This document shows, one piece after another, positions 14,185-30,828 of a DNA stretch of 64,000 bases. The stretch is from contig CM022670.1 in assembly GCA_012295275.1 (NCBI GenBank), positions 3,038,001-3,102,000 on the forward strand, read 5' to 3'. Below the pieces are notes generated by a model that worked only from the letters and a program-made list of their open reading frames with translations, searched no databases and was not told where the DNA came from. Source of the stretch: Chrysomallon squamiferum. Taxonomy: Eukaryota; Animalia; Mollusca. A program made the translations under genes and the position numbers. How positions within the stretch are numbered: the first letter of the stretch is position 1; each line of letters begins with the position of its first letter.

Positions 14185-14837
14185 GTTGTTTCTGTTTTTT
14201 TAATACGAATTGTCAGTTTTCTCCTGGTATCTTTTGCCTAAGTTTTTAACTTTAATAAAAATATATGAAGCTTTTTCTTGATTCCTGGATACAGTTATTT
14301 GAACCGTGCTCAGGGAATTATCTAGATGTTATCATATTTTCTTTCTGTCTTGTAGATTTAAAAAATGTTATTATTGTTATTATTATTATTATTATTGTCG
14401 TTGTTGTTGTTGTTGTTGTTGTTAAATAAGAAATACTAAATGTAAATAAATACGCCCTCTTCTGATTATATCAGTTTAAAAGAGGTTCCGGCCTACAGAA
14501 TATCGACTGAGTACCTGTATTTCGCAAAAAATTGCGTTTTTTTTTTTTTAATCTTTTTTTATCTGTCATGGAGATTCATCTCAGATCTCAGCAAGAACTG
14601 TCAAGGAGAATCACGTATCATAACAGTTTATCAGTCAACAGTAAACTGACTTGTTGCAGTGGAGCCGTCGTCACAACGAAAAATAAGACTATTTCAGAAA
14701 TAAACGGAGTGAGTTGTGTTGCACTCTGGTTACAACGCTGGCTTAGAACTGAAATCAGATGTTTCAGTGCAGCCGATCACCTATTGTGTGTATGTGTGTG
14801 TGCGTGCGATTCATACTAACTACGAAATCCGGGTAAG

Positions 14838-15990
<1,153 letters not shown>

Positions 15991-16092
15991 CATAAATATT
16001 CATAAACTGCCTTGCCGTTATTAATTCGTTATTTGTGGTAAGATGGTACAGACACACAGACATGATTATATGCGCAGAGCATACTTATTTAT

Positions 16093-16124
<32 letters not shown>

Positions 16125-16553
16125 TGTATGTATGTATGTATGTATGTATGTATGTATGTATGTATGTATGTATGTATGTATGTATGTATGTATGTGTGTG
16201 TATGTATGTATGTATGTATGTGTGTGTGTATGTATCTATGTATGTAGTTTAGGATTTTGAATATTCTCTGTCTTTTGTACGTCTGAATAGACTCTGTACT
16301 CAGACAATATTTGGGAACACAGGAGGACAAAGTCCAATCACGACATCACAAACCCGTCAGATGCCGCTGACGAGACTTGAACGTATGACACCCATTCACC
16401 CGCACTCCGTTCGGCAACACCAAGGCAATCTTATGCGCAGACCATACTTATTTATGAGTATGTATTATATGTATGTGTGTATGTATGTATGTGTGTGTGT
16501 ATGTATATATGTATGTATTTATGTATGTATGTATGTATGTATGTATGTATGTA

Positions 16554-16596
<43 letters not shown>

Positions 16597-17136
16597 GTGT
16601 GTATGTAATATGTATGTATGTGTTTATGTATGTATGTCTGTATGTATGTGTATGTATGTGTACATTCGTATCCATTAAATTCGCATGTAAGTATATAGAT
16701 ATATATTAAATTATTTCGTTTCAAACAAACTGAGATAAAGTTAATCAATACATGTATCTCTTAGCAATAGAAGCCAGTAGCTGTGGTTAAAGTAGTAAAT
16801 AAGGCAACAGTTTTTCTTTATTTTTCAAGGATCGGTTTCGTAAATAACCGTTCAGAAAACTAAAAAAATAATAAATTTTGTAAATCTGAGTTGATGTTTT
16901 AGATTACTACTATGCATAGGAATTTTTAACTGAATTATATCTTATAAAATATAAGTAGTATTAAATCCAAAGAAGTAATAATAGTAATAGAACGCTGAAC
17001 AATAAGACAAACTGCAGTGTACTCTGAACTTTGACCTTTCCTCAATGAATTTACTTAACGCAACCAAGAAATTATTTGTGCAGTTCGTTACGTCATCTAC
17101 CAGATGTCACATACCATCTGATTTATAAAATATCGT

Positions 17137-17299
17137 GTATTTACAAGATTTACAAGAGTTGCCAATACACATTCGCGCACAGACCGACATACGTTTATAT
17201 ATGAGATGTGGCGATATATGTATATGTATTAGTGTGAATATGTGTATGTCGGTCTGTGCTCTCTCTGTGTATTCTCAACTCTTGTAAATCTTGTAAATA

Positions 17300-17300
<1 letters not shown>
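17137..17300. repeat. 164-bp foldback with ~56-bp imperfect arms (MITE-like or local inverted duplication)
   Basis: gtatttacaagatttacaagagttg..aatacaca..gcacagaccgacatac vs gtatgtcggtctgtgc..tgtgtatt..caactcttgtaaatcttgtaaatac. Confidence 0.9.
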
Positions 17301-17353
<53 letters not shown>

Positions 17354-17710
17354 AAATAAATAAATAAATAAATAATATAAATTTGATTACTACTGTTGTT
17401 TATATGCATACACAGATTTATTTTAAAGTATTTTGGGGTTTGAGCAAAAATCTAGAAAGCCTGAGTCGGCAACAAACCCCTTTGGGGAAAAAAATGAGCA
17501 TAAATTTAAATAACATACATGAAATTTATTATATTGAATACATACTATCATCTACATTTGTTGCTACTGCTGCTGTTATAGTACACTATTACCACTACTA
17601 CTACAACTACTGCCACTGCTACCCATCTTTTCATATATTTCTGCTTAAAATAACATCACTACGTATTTTCTGATCCTTTTTCTTTTTCTTTTCTTCTTCT
17701 TCTTCTTCTT

Positions 17711-17741
<31 letters not shown>

Positions 17742-18008
17742 TTATTATTATTATTATTATTATAGGGAAGAAGGAGACGAAAAGAAAAGACTAAACACTT
17801 GTCTTTTTGATGTCAGTAATTTTGTTATGTTCAGATTTCAAATTAACTAGATTCTTGAAATATCAGTCAATTCTTACAGAAACTATTACAGCTTCACGTT
17901 GAACTAGAGGATTGTTCGCATGGCCTTTTCTATTGTACTTTATTTTTCTTTTCTTCTTGTGTGATTTGTTTTGTTTCATTCATTCATTTTACTTTATTTT
18001 ATTTTATT

Positions 18009-18055
<47 letters not shown>

Positions 18056-18115
18056 TTATTTGTAAATTCATTTATATGTTTATTTCTAATGATGATGACG
18101 ATGATGATAATAATA

Positions 18116-18188
<73 letters not shown>

Positions 18189-19004
18189 TCAGTAGTTGTT
18201 ATAATAGTACATACATACATACATAGACAGATGCACGTATAGGAATAATTATTATTTATTTACTTTTAAATTGTTTCTTTTAACCTTTATTCTGTTATCA
18301 GTCTTTTCAGGTTGAGAGTGAATTCAGTATAATCGATTTTTAAGTTGTTTTTTTTTTTTTTTTTTTTTTAAATTTCTCGACAATTACACATAAGTAGTCA
18401 AAATCGCATGAAAAAACACATGTAAGAGAGAGTGCTGAAAAAGTTGCAGTATGCTGTTAAATATGTGTATTAAAATATTAAAATAAGAATATCAAAATGA
18501 ATTGTAAAATGTATTTCGGTTTGTATAATGATGTAGGTAAGCTGAACGAATTAAACACATTTTGACTTGTATGTGTTATTTTAAAAAAACATTCTGAAAT
18601 ACACCTGCTATTGAAGTGGGTTTTTTGTGGGTTTTTTTTTTTTTTTTTGTTGTTGTTGTGCTTTTTACATACTGAAGATATCCAAAAAAACAAAACAAAA
18701 TGGATTTATCATTTTTTTTTTAATAAAATATGTTAAACATGTACTTAGATACATGTATAAAAATAAAAAATATTAAACCTAAAAACAATTTGAACTGTGT
18801 TAAAATTCTGAAAATTAAAATATATATTTTTACTAACCTGTGTTACTTCAAAGTTTTAGTATTTATTTTGCTTTATTTGTGCGTGGTGATAAAACGTTTT
18901 CACTGTTATTGTGCTACGTAAAAATACTGCAACGGTTAAAATTTTGTTTAACATTTACTGTATTTGTTCTTGCGTAACGAAAGTATTGAACCTATGTATG
19001 TATG

Positions 19005-19069
<65 letters not shown>

Positions 19070-19663
19070 GTTATGCTTTAATGTTTCAAGTGTTTTTCAT
19101 ACACTGTCAATCAGTCTTTAGTTTGATTTGTGCGTGGGTGTGTTTGTATGTCTGTGTTTGTGTCTCTGTTTTTTTTTCCCTCTGGCTGTGTATATAGTGT
19201 TTGTGTTTTCAGTAAAACTGCTGACATTTGTAGGTCTTGTTGTGAAGTTAAGAAACAAAACATATCTAAAGACTTTTGATGTCTGGGCAGAAACGTTCCA
19301 GATTTTTTCGACCTGCATATTTTGCACATTATTTTCTTATCGGTATTACCCAATACGACATTAATGTGTAGGCTACCTACTTCTCGGGAAATACATTTGT
19401 TTTACTATTTACGCGAATGTTTACTTGAATATCGGCTTACAGCAGTGAACAGATGAATATTGATTGCACTGTTACATGTCGGAGAGCGACTGTGTCGGTG
19501 AATTGTTGAAATGTGTCACTTCCACGCTTGTTTACCAGCAGCGAGGCACGTAGAAACATCAAACCTCATTTCAGAATTTGTTCAGATGTTGTTGTGAAGG
19601 ATTTACACGAGAGACAACAAAATACTAACAGTCATTTGTATTACTATTTTGTTTTCGTTATCC

Positions 19664-19721
19664 GGGCTCGTGGGTTCAGTTCAGTAGGTAGCGGGTTCGA
19701 TTCCCGCATTTTTTTTTTTTT
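19664..19721 (+). mobile_element. tRNA-like fragment (perfect T-arm/B-box followed by oligo-T), probable tRNA-derived SINE remnant
   Basis: gcggg-ttcgatt-cccgc at 19691-19707, then a T run; no anticodon arm or acceptor stem. Confidence 0.5.
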
Positions 19722-20287
19722 CTTTCCATTTTTCTTTTTCTTTTTCTTTTTAGTGTGGGATCTTCATGGATATTAAATAATCTGTCTCTAATTAATTATT
19801 TAGAGAGTGATTAGCATTGCAAGCCATCGCCATTTTTGTATTTTATATGATTAAATCACTGACACTTATTAATAAATCCAGCTTAATCCACAGAACTTTG
19901 TAATTACACACCAGGTAATATAGACTTTGTTCCATTTCACCTTAATTTATGGACAGAAATAGTGTTAAAATGATGCAATGAATCAATCAACTTTTGTAAA
20001 CATCATTACAGACAGTAAAAATTCGGGTACGCTAGTCTTTTTGTTTGTTTGTTTGTTTGTTTGTTTGTTTTTTGACAATTCTACAACTTGAATAGCTTGC
20101 AAAAGACAGTGTTTGTATTATAGAATTGCAGGGTTAGCTGGAAAAGGTAAAACTATATATAATTATCTTTTACTTCTTCAGTATCGGGATTGGATCCCAG
20201 AATGTTCTAGTGTTAAAGCAAAAAGGTTTAATATCTGTGCCAATGAGAGAAGTAATGTTTAATTTTTAATAATTTATTTATTTTGAA

Positions 20288-20600
20288 TTAACGAGATCCT
20301 GAAGACATTTTTAATCTACGGTTATTTCATGAAGTCATACATATGGTAAAACACCATAAAAACACAACAAAAACAAAAAAAAAAAAAAAAAAAAACATCT
20401 AAAAAGATTTTGCTTCTTTTTATTCTGATTAACACCATGAGAACTACTTTAATGCGAAACCTTCTAAAGACGGAGAACAAATATCATAGACACCGGTAAC
20501 GTAGACGTAATACACCTGGGGACGAGAGATGATGGAAAGTTCACCCACTTTCAGTCTGATCCTGCGATTCATCATGTTCCAAACCTAAATACTCAGCCCT
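20288..20600 (-). mobile_element. Degenerate SINE copy
   Basis: Ordered motifs ttaacga..acattttt..tacggttat..catatggtaaa..gattaacacc..gatcc resemble the reverse complement of a gastropod tRNA-SINE recalled from memory, and of the copy at 43500-43788. Confidence 0.35.
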
Positions 20601-23440
20601 CCAGACTTCGTCGCAGAGATTTATAAAATTATTTCTTCTTAAACAGCGGCTCCGCGACTGATTGCTGGTAATTGAAACGTAGGTGAAGAAAGATTGCCTG
20701 AGTGTTTAGTATTATGTGAAAGTCACATGATTGAAGTACATTGTAATTATGACGTTCTTTGCGTAGGATTTCGAACCTAATCTCCCCGCCGTTTTGAAAA
20801 TCGCTCTAAATTGTCTGTCAAGGGAATGTCTCGGAATAAGGAAATGTGAGTTAATGTTGTCGCTGTTATCGACTGACTTAAGACAGTTCTCGGAGAGAAA
20901 ACGTATGTACTGCAGGTTTAATATTTGAAACTGAAAGAAGAAGATGAAAAAGATGTTGAAACAACAGATAATCACAGTGATAAGAAACACGAAAACCCGC
21001 TGTCACGAGTTTTCTGATACATCCATCCATCCATCCATACATACATACATACATATATACACACACACATACATACACACACACATACATACATACATAA
21101 ATACATACATTCATACATACATATATAGACACATACATAATACATAAATAGCTTTAATCAAACTGGAATATAGATGGAATGTAAACAACTTGTGATTTAT
21201 TACATTTCACATAGAAAGACAAACAAAAAAAACATTTATAAAAAAAAATTAAGTAAAGAAAGAAAGAAGAGATAATTATAGACACAAATAATGATTGAAG
21301 TTGGTGAGAAGGAAGAAGGAAAGATAAAAAGTGAGATACAGAAAATGACACAGAGAAAGTAGAGTCAGATAGAAAGCCTAAATGAGAGAAAGAGAGAAAA
21401 CTAGATTTCGTAAAGAAACTGTTAATTCCTATTAAAAAACTAAGTATTATCTTTTGAATAATATTTATTTCTGCTCATGTTAGTGTTAGGTCGATTTACT
21501 TTACCATCTATGTTTTTTTTTCCCACCTCCATAAGACGATGTGCTAAAAACTATTAAAATGATTTATTGGATTTTTTTAAATGAGAAATTAATGAGAAGT
21601 CACATTAAATAGCCATTAATTGGCAGTGGGTTGCAACCTGTGCCAGTGTTAATTCTGAACAGATATAATAATGAACTTCGTTACTCTGAAGCACCAAAAC
21701 ACTTATAACGAACTTCAGATGCACGAAACAGAATATGAAAGTAAAGAATGAAATGGCGTTATTAAATCTTCCTTTTCATTTAATCAGTTATTAAGAAAGA
21801 ATTTGAGGAAAGAAAAGAAAACGAAAGAAAAAAAAAAAGAAGAAATAAAGAAAAATAAAGCAGAAAACATTTTTGTGTTAGAAGGAATGAACAAGAGAAG
21901 AAGCCAAAAAGAAAAGAAAGGAAAAAACCAAGGAAAGATGAAAACAAGATAGCTAGTTCAATCAGTTCGATATTTTGAAACATTTATTTTTAAATATATG
22001 CCGACATTTTTCATACAACTATATTTGTATTGACGCTGATATATATGCAGTATGACGTGCGCGTGTATGCAAACACATACACACATAGATAGAGATAAAG
22101 TACAAACATTAATGCGTAATAATTCACATGCACTGTATACCACAGGATCAGACACAAACATAGATTAGAGAAGCGGGATCGTGTAAATGTTTAAGTATCA
22201 AATGTAAATAATAATATCAACAACAACAATAACAACAACAAATAATAATAATAATAATAGTAATGATGATGACGAAGATGATGATGATGATGATGATCAT
22301 AATAATAATAACAATAACATAAACACTGGTTTGGATACCATTTATTCTTTCTTTCTTTAAGTTAACGTTAAAACAGTTTTTATTGCCACAGAATGCAATA
22401 AAACCACAGACAGCATCACAATTATCGGAACACCGAAACCCCAAAACGTACCACAAAACCATCCCTGTATCATTCTACGACTGTTTATGATAGTAACCTA
22501 CATTTCAAAGAGCACGAAGTGAACCAGATTCGCAGAAAAAGCTGGAGGGGTTGTGAGAAAGAGAATGAGTAAGGTCTCGCAGAGTACGTGATGCGAGGCA
22601 GACATGCACACACGTGTATGATAACGAAACCAGACAGTGAGCATTACGAAAGTGTAATACGCAGACAGCCCGAGCGAGTTCGTGTCGGTCAAAACGGTGA
22701 AGGCGTAACTTTGCACTAGCTGTGAAATAAGTTTCGTTGAGTGAGTTGTATAAAAAAAAAAAAAAAAAAGGAGAAAAAAAAATGACAGACGGAGAAGGAG
22801 ATAAGATTGTGAAAAGTGTCTGATGAGAAAGATAAAGGCAGGTGTCTGTGTATGTGTGTGTGCGTGATTGCGTGCGTCTGTGTGTGTGTCAGCGTGCGTT
22901 CGTGTGTGTGTGTGTGTTAGTGAATATATGTATACATGTGTGTGTGTGTTTTGATGGTTGGAAAAAAATGATAGAGAAAGAGAAAAAAAGAAAGATAAAT
23001 ATGAAAACCAGGTTTTATATTGCATATATTTAATGGAATCATCGTCTAATGCGATAGTAAAACAGATGTCTCACATTTTTTAATCTTCATCCTTGTTTAC
23101 ATTTCGTCGTCTTTATCGTTTTTATCAACAGTTATCTGATAAGCAAAAACACTAGTTCACCTTTTTACAACAACAACAACAGCAGCAGTAACAACAATAA
23201 TAAGAAGAAAAGTAATAAAGAAAAGAAAATATACAACAAAACGAGGAAAACAACAAAAGCAGCAGCAGTGACAATAACAATACGTCTTTTGTATATCGTA
23301 TAAGCTGAGCAGATAATTATCTCTCAAGGTCATAATTTAAGAACATGAACTGTGTTTTAATTATCTTCATTAGACTTCGTTTACTTCTTAGTAATGGAAA
23401 TGACACTGTTTATGGTGATGCTGATTGTAAAGTCCTTGAA

Positions 23441-23498
<58 letters not shown>

Positions 23499-24809
23499 GT
23501 AACAACAACAATAATAATAATAATAATGAATGATGCTGCTGATGATACTACTACTAGTAATAATGATAATGACGATGTTGATGATGATGATGATGATATT
23601 CTCTTTACGTTTCACGATAATCTTATTTATATGTAATATGCATTAAAATAAGATCTTTATCTTTCATATCAGTTTAATATACCAAACGGATTCCTGATCT
23701 TTTAAACATGACTAGAATGTCTTTTGAACAGCGTACATTATGTAGATATTAAAAACGATGTGTATAAAACAGATGTGTAATAAAATATCTGTATAAAATA
23801 TTTACATTAAAGCCTCTTAGAGTCGTGACATTATCAGCATACGTATGTTGGTATATAAAAAAAATATAATTAAAAAAAATATATATATATATTCATCTCG
23901 CTCTTTCTTAATACCAACATTCGCTAACAAAAATGTTGCCCAATAAATATAAATCAGTTAGTGAAGATTGCCTCTTTTTGTATAGAAAACTGGTGGCCAA
24001 ATTAAGGAATATGACTCAAGGGCACATTTTACCCGGTCAAGATATAATGTCCCTATACAAATAAAATTAATTGCTAGAAGAATATGAAACTTTTAGATCA
24101 ATGTTTAATGAAAATCGTTAGAAAAGGAAAACATATATATTAAATGAAGTATATTAAATGAACAGATATTAGCAGTCTTTCCGCTTATTTTATATTTCAG
24201 TGATATTAAAGCAAACGCCTTTCATCAAAAAGTCAACCAGTCAATGTAATGAAAATGGAAACCCAGACTCTTTTTTTATTTTTTTATATTTTTTGTTTTG
24301 TTGTTGTAATGAACCAAGAACTCTTGCTATCAGCGAAGATCTGTCCAATCCCTAAGTAAAAGTTTCAAACCTGTTTCCAAGTATGCTTCAATTCACCTGA
24401 TATATTCAGAAGCCAGATCCTCGATTTTTTTGTTTGTTTTTTTTGTCTTTATCTTTTTCCTTTCTCTATTTTTTACTGAATAAAATGGGGGGAAAAAGGC
24501 AGAAAAAACGAGCAGGTTCACTAAACGGTTATCTCTTTATGGCAACAGCAGTAAAAGAAAAAAAAAGAGAGATCAGAAGATGAAGACTGGCGTAACAGAA
24601 TCAAGTACGTTCCAGTCTGGGTTACTGGGTTACGCGAGAGAGAAAGAGAGAGAGATAGAGACTGTGCATGTTCATCGTTTAATGCGAAATGACGTTTAAT
24701 CGTCTGAAAAATCTCTACCTGTTCAGAAATAGAACATTTCAGGTAATTTCAGAAATAAAACAAAAAAATAAAATAAAAAAATAAAAAGGAAAGGTTTGAG
24801 AGAGAAAGT

Positions 24810-24931
<122 letters not shown>

Positions 24932-25163
24932 TGTCTATTTTTATACGTTTTGTGTTGTTGTGTTTTTAATTTCTCTTCGTTCTTCCTTTCTTTCGTCTTC
25001 AATCATGATCATTATTCTGTCATTATCAGATAAGTATTTTTTGTTTCCCTTCCCCCCCCCAGTGGTTTTCGCACCTGTTGTTGGCGATAACAGTGATGTT
25101 CATTGGAACAGAAAGACAACGATCACTTCAGTTTGCACCCAAACGGTAGAATAAAATGGAACA

Positions 25164-25270
25164 AGCCCAGTGGTTAGAGCGCTGGTGTGATGTAGCGTCT
25201 TCCACAGTTAACCCACTGAGGTGTTTGCCGGTCCCACGATTGATTTTTGTAAGGCTAGGTATTGAGCTTT
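25164..25270 (+). mobile_element. SINE 5' head remnant with Pol III A-box
   Basis: agcccagtggttagagcgct is tRNA D-arm/A-box-like; B-box missing. Confidence 0.45.
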
Positions 25271-26072
25271 CGTCTCTTTTAGTGGATAAATAAATAAATA
25301 AAACATAATAATAAAATATAAATACATTATAATGTAATACAGTAAAATATATTAGAAAAATATGCGATATAATAAGATAGAATACAATATAAATCAGTAC
25401 AGTATTCCGTGACATAACACAATACAGTACAGCATAATATAATATAATATAATATAATATAATATTTAAAAAAAAAAATTAATATCAAATAAACAAATAC
25501 ACATACTACTGAATTATCTAAAAAAAAAAAAATAAAAAAATAATAATAATAATAATTTAAAAAAAAATTAAAATAAACGAAAGATTAAATAACCCTTTAT
25601 CAAGATTTAATATTGCATCAGAACGCCTACGTTATCTGTTTTCATATTTCCTGAACTCACACCACGCAGTTCTGATAGGCTTCTCTCCTAATTAAAACAC
25701 AGCAACATGCAACAGGCTCAAGTTTACAGATATTAATTAGAAACAGAGGTCTGCCTACACAATGGATCTGAATTTCTATAACACAAGATTTTACATGGAC
25801 TGTGGCCAAGCTTGAACTGACCTGCTTGTTAGAAAACAGCCTTGAATTTAATCATATAAAACGCGTTGGTTGATTAACAATAAGAAATATACGTTCATTA
25901 TTATTAAAATCATTATCAGAATTATTTTTTTATAATAATTATTATTATACTTATTATACTTATTATTACTATTATTGTTGTTGTTGTTACTATTATTATT
26001 ATTATTATTATTATTGTTGTTGTTGTTGTTTTTTTTTCGTATTTTTTAAACTGCTTAACTGATTTGATTCGA

Positions 26073-26112
<40 letters not shown>

Positions 26113-27443
26113 TTTAATTTGTTATTAATATTATTTATTTGTGTAAATGCTAAACGACGAACTATTAATTAATATAATATCTACTTTATCATTGTTAATG
26201 ATGCTAATATCTATTTTGGCCTACAAATCGATGCACGTTGTATCAGATTTATTAATCACCATATTGTAAAACTATACTAAATGTCAGAAGTCTATGGCTT
26301 AGGTGCAAATAAAAGTCAGATGACGAGAATAAAGATATTAATTTCAGTTCACGGTCATTAATGCCCCTTCCACGGACGTAGTCTGTAATCATTTGGACAA
26401 CAATAGAAATATTTCGGCTTCAGATCAGTTATCAGTGCAGATGGGTTTTCTTTAACTTATCTTTAAATATGCGTATATGATTGCATACGTAGATTCAAAT
26501 ATAAAAATATATAATTATACCAACATACATGCGTACGTGCATAAGCACACACACATACATTCATTCAAACATACGCCCATGCATACATACAAACACACAC
26601 AGACACGTACACACACATACATACGTACATACATACATACGTACATACATACATAAATTAAAACTTGGAAAATATATCGAAAAAAGGATAGTCAGAATTT
26701 TAATGAACAGATGAAAGTAATGTTGGAAGAAATGTTAAGATTCGAGCTGTCCTAAGAGACTACAAGAACGCAAAAAAGTCAACACATACAAGACATTACA
26801 GATGTTTAAAATAACCAAATAAATGATATTGTAAACAAACAAACAGACAAATAAATAAATAAATAAATACAAAATGTTTTCAAATTTTTGAAATAATGTA
26901 ATGTTACACAACAAAATAAACTATAAAAAAACACACACAAAAAAAAAACAGTAATAAAAATGCCATTCCATAAATAGTTACAGACTGAAAAAAACTCTTT
27001 TTTTTATATGATAAACACTTTTTAAGCATGTTTTCGTAATCTGATGCTGTATCTCATTACGGAGTCACATTTAAAGTCATGACAGATATTTATCACTGGC
27101 TTGATACTGACGATAATTGAAACTGCAAACTACGTGCTACCGATGGTTCCAAATAGCCCGAAATAGAAGAGTGTCTGCTAAAGTGATTGTTAATCTGTCA
27201 AAAATAGATTTTAAGGTCTCGAAATAACAAATTGGTGACCAGAGAACATTTTCATTGCATGGTTCCAAGTATCGACGTTTTTATTTTGCATGCTTAATCA
27301 GCGGATAATGTGCACTTTTGAATAATAATTATTCTGTTTATGTTGTGTATTGTTGTTTCTTTTTCTTCAAATATTGAACTGTTATCACATTATATGCAGC
27401 GCGGTAAATACATTATTTTGAAATTAATACGTCCACTGAAATA

Positions 27444-27474
<31 letters not shown>

Positions 27475-30400
27475 TTCCCGCTCATTTTGCAGCTAATATT
27501 TCAAATTCGTTTAACTTTTATGATTTTTATTTTAACACATTAAGACATTGTCAGTTTAATTGCCGTCTCGTTTGGTTTTATAAGACATGGCACACGATTT
27601 TCTATCTTCGGCACAGTAATATTCATGAATTCATCGGATGTTGTGAACAAACAAGATAGCTTGACATTTGATTAAAGACTGCTACTTATTGATAAATCTA
27701 ATGACTTTATTATCAAGATATGATTATACTGAAATAATATTTTTTTCCTTTTAAGATGTATTGAGATATCTGGATTTTCAAAAAAAATAAATAAATAAAT
27801 AAATAAAAAATAAAAATAAAAAAAGAGAGATAAGCGAAATTATTACAAATTATTCTAAATTAAGGAAAATATAGACATCAAATACAATTAAAGAAACAAT
27901 GAAATTTGAAGAAAAAAACAACACAACAATAACACATCAACAACAAAATGTCATATTATTTTCGAATCTGTCGTCTTCAGTATTTTCTTTTCGAAATAAA
28001 ATTTTGACCTTGTAAATTTCAACGAAGGTTATTATTGTCAAGCAACATTTAGCACATTAAACTAACGCGGAACATTGTGTATGAATTTCATATCACCTCT
28101 CATTTCGACAACACACAACAAGCCACAAATATTAATACATTTTAAGATGCGTCAAATATTCTAGATCGATTTATTCAAACAATGCTGAACCCACAACGAG
28201 ATTTATTGTTTTTCCCCATCTTGGTTCTGCCTTCATTACATTCCTCCCTTCCTTGTTTGCCGGACCGCACTGGGCCATTCATTAGAGAGAACTTAACATT
28301 GAAAAGCGACCGTGAAAAACACACAATCCTTGAGCACTTGTTTGCTCAAACATCGTTTCCTTATTTTAACACACAAGAATTGAAATCCCGTGATTTAAAT
28401 ATTATAAATATGGCGGCTTAATAAAGAGTGAAAGAAATCCGACGCTCGTATTTTAAAATGTAAATCCTTTAATCTTTGACACTGTTGCGCCAAGAAATCA
28501 GAGATTTACAAGACTCTGACTTTATTATGATGGATTTATTCTTTAATCTCTGAACCAAACAGCGTATTCGGGTTGCATTAATAATCTTCTTAGCTTGTGT
28601 TTTGTTACAATCCCTAAAATTATTGAACAAAATGGCATATTTGATCTGTATTAGCCACCTATGAACTTCTGACTGGTTGTTGCATTAAAATATTGTTTTA
28701 AGCTGTCAAAGGAAACACGACTATGAGCAGCTTGCTGAGTTAATGACAGTCTTAGCAGTTGCTGAGACAAAATTTAACAAACTAGATGGCTAATGTAGAA
28801 CATAAATATCAGTGATTTCTTTAAAATTATTTTATTATTATTATTATTAGTAGTAGTAGTAGTAGTAGTAGTAGTAATTGTAGTAGTAGTAGTAGTATTT
28901 GAGCGACCTAAACTAATATTAGTATTTATTTGGTGATTAGATTAGTACTGCAGTTAGGATTAGCATTATTACTGTTATTAATATTAGGATTATTCTTATT
29001 AGTTTTAGTGTTTATTATTACCAAAACGTTATGCTGAAAGTAATTAATACATACTGACAATTTTGTTTATTAGTAGTGGAATATTTTCATACATTTTTTA
29101 CTTATATTGCCATCACTGTGCTACAGCAGCAACTACAACAACAACAACAACAACAATAATAATAATAACAACAACAACAGCAATAACAACAACAAAAACA
29201 TATAATGGTCTTGAAATCATTAACATAAATAAATAAATGAGTAAATAAATAAGAAAATGAAGAAGGAAAAGAACGAAAGCGGCAGTGAAAAGGAAACAGC
29301 ACACTACTGAATCAATTAATCGTCTTACTTGGCCTGGAATTGTGATTACGCAATGAACAGGAAGCTATTTGTTAAACTCGTATGTTTCTTCTCTCTTTAC
29401 AACGACCAGTGAAAATCTTAAAATATTTTTCAGCTCTTAATAGAACCAGAAGCACTTCCTTAAAATGCCAGACACGCGATTTTTTTTTGTCGTTTGGTCG
29501 ATGTTTTCGTGTGTTTAAAGACACAGGAGGTTACAATGTGTGACTGGTTTCCCGGAACAGTTTCTCAATTTGTGATTCACGGATTTTTATTAATGTTAAT
29601 TTTAGTTGGTAACTTGCGCTTATAGGATTATAGCGTAGTAATTAAACTAACAAAAAATATATAAATATAAAAAATAAATAAATAAATAAATGAAAGAAAG
29701 AAAGAAAGAAAGAATTTTATTTGGAAGAAATATTAAAGAAATACCAAAAGATATTAAAGGCTGACTCGAAAAGAAGAACTATATAAACAGTCTTGAAAAA
29801 CACTTAAAGTCAATATCAAAGTACCTTTATGATTATCATTATCATTATCACTACAACCACTGTCATAACCGTAACACTATTACTACAACTGTTGTTACAA
29901 TTACCACTACTACACATACTATCACTCTTACTACTACCACTACCACTACTGCTACTAGCTCTACAACTACATCTACTACTACTACTACTATTACTATTAC
30001 TACTACTACTACTACTACTGCTACTACTAATACTAAAAGTAATAATAATAAAACTAATAATAATGGTAGTAGAGGTGGTACTAGCAGAGTTGGGGTAGTA
30101 GGAGTAAAAGTTATAATAATTACCTAATTACACAGGTTTAATTTCCTGTAAAATATATCAGCTCCCTGCAACTTCCAGTGAGAAAACAACAAAACAGCAA
30201 CGCCTAACAAGAGCACGAGAAAACTGTCAGCGAAGTAAACAGACACACACACAGATAGACAGACGTACACAAACACACAAACATTCTTAAACAGCATTAA
30301 CATCTCAGAGCTAACTCTTGGTGTTATCACCAACAAGCAAAGTCTGGCTTTAGACAACGATTTTTACAACTAAACAGTTTAATTTCCAATACAACGACTC

Positions 30401-30764
30401 GAGAGCTGGATTCTAATGGATGTCGGGTATTTCAGGTTGATCGCCGTCTTCTAGCAAAATCTTCGCACCGCTTTTTCGGAGAAACAGAATTTCATTTTAA
30501 ACTATCAGTTGGCAATTTTTAATCTTAAGCCTCTCATTAAATGTTTTGTTTTATTTAATACACCTGTGACTCACCTACGTCAGTCGTACTTATTTCCTCG
30601 GAATATAATTGTCTAACAGTATTTTGACCTGTGGGCAAAAAGTCTCTGAGGACAAGTCGCTGTTATTGAAAACATTCCCTGACGTAGATGTGAACAAATG
30701 TGTCCAGTTCATGGTACTATTGTCATGTTGTACTGCGTAAACTGGTCTGATGAACGTCCATGTA

Positions 30765-30828
<64 letters not shown>

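Noticed and set aside
19664-19708. Intact tRNA gene
   Set aside because: Only the T-arm is present; no cloverleaf
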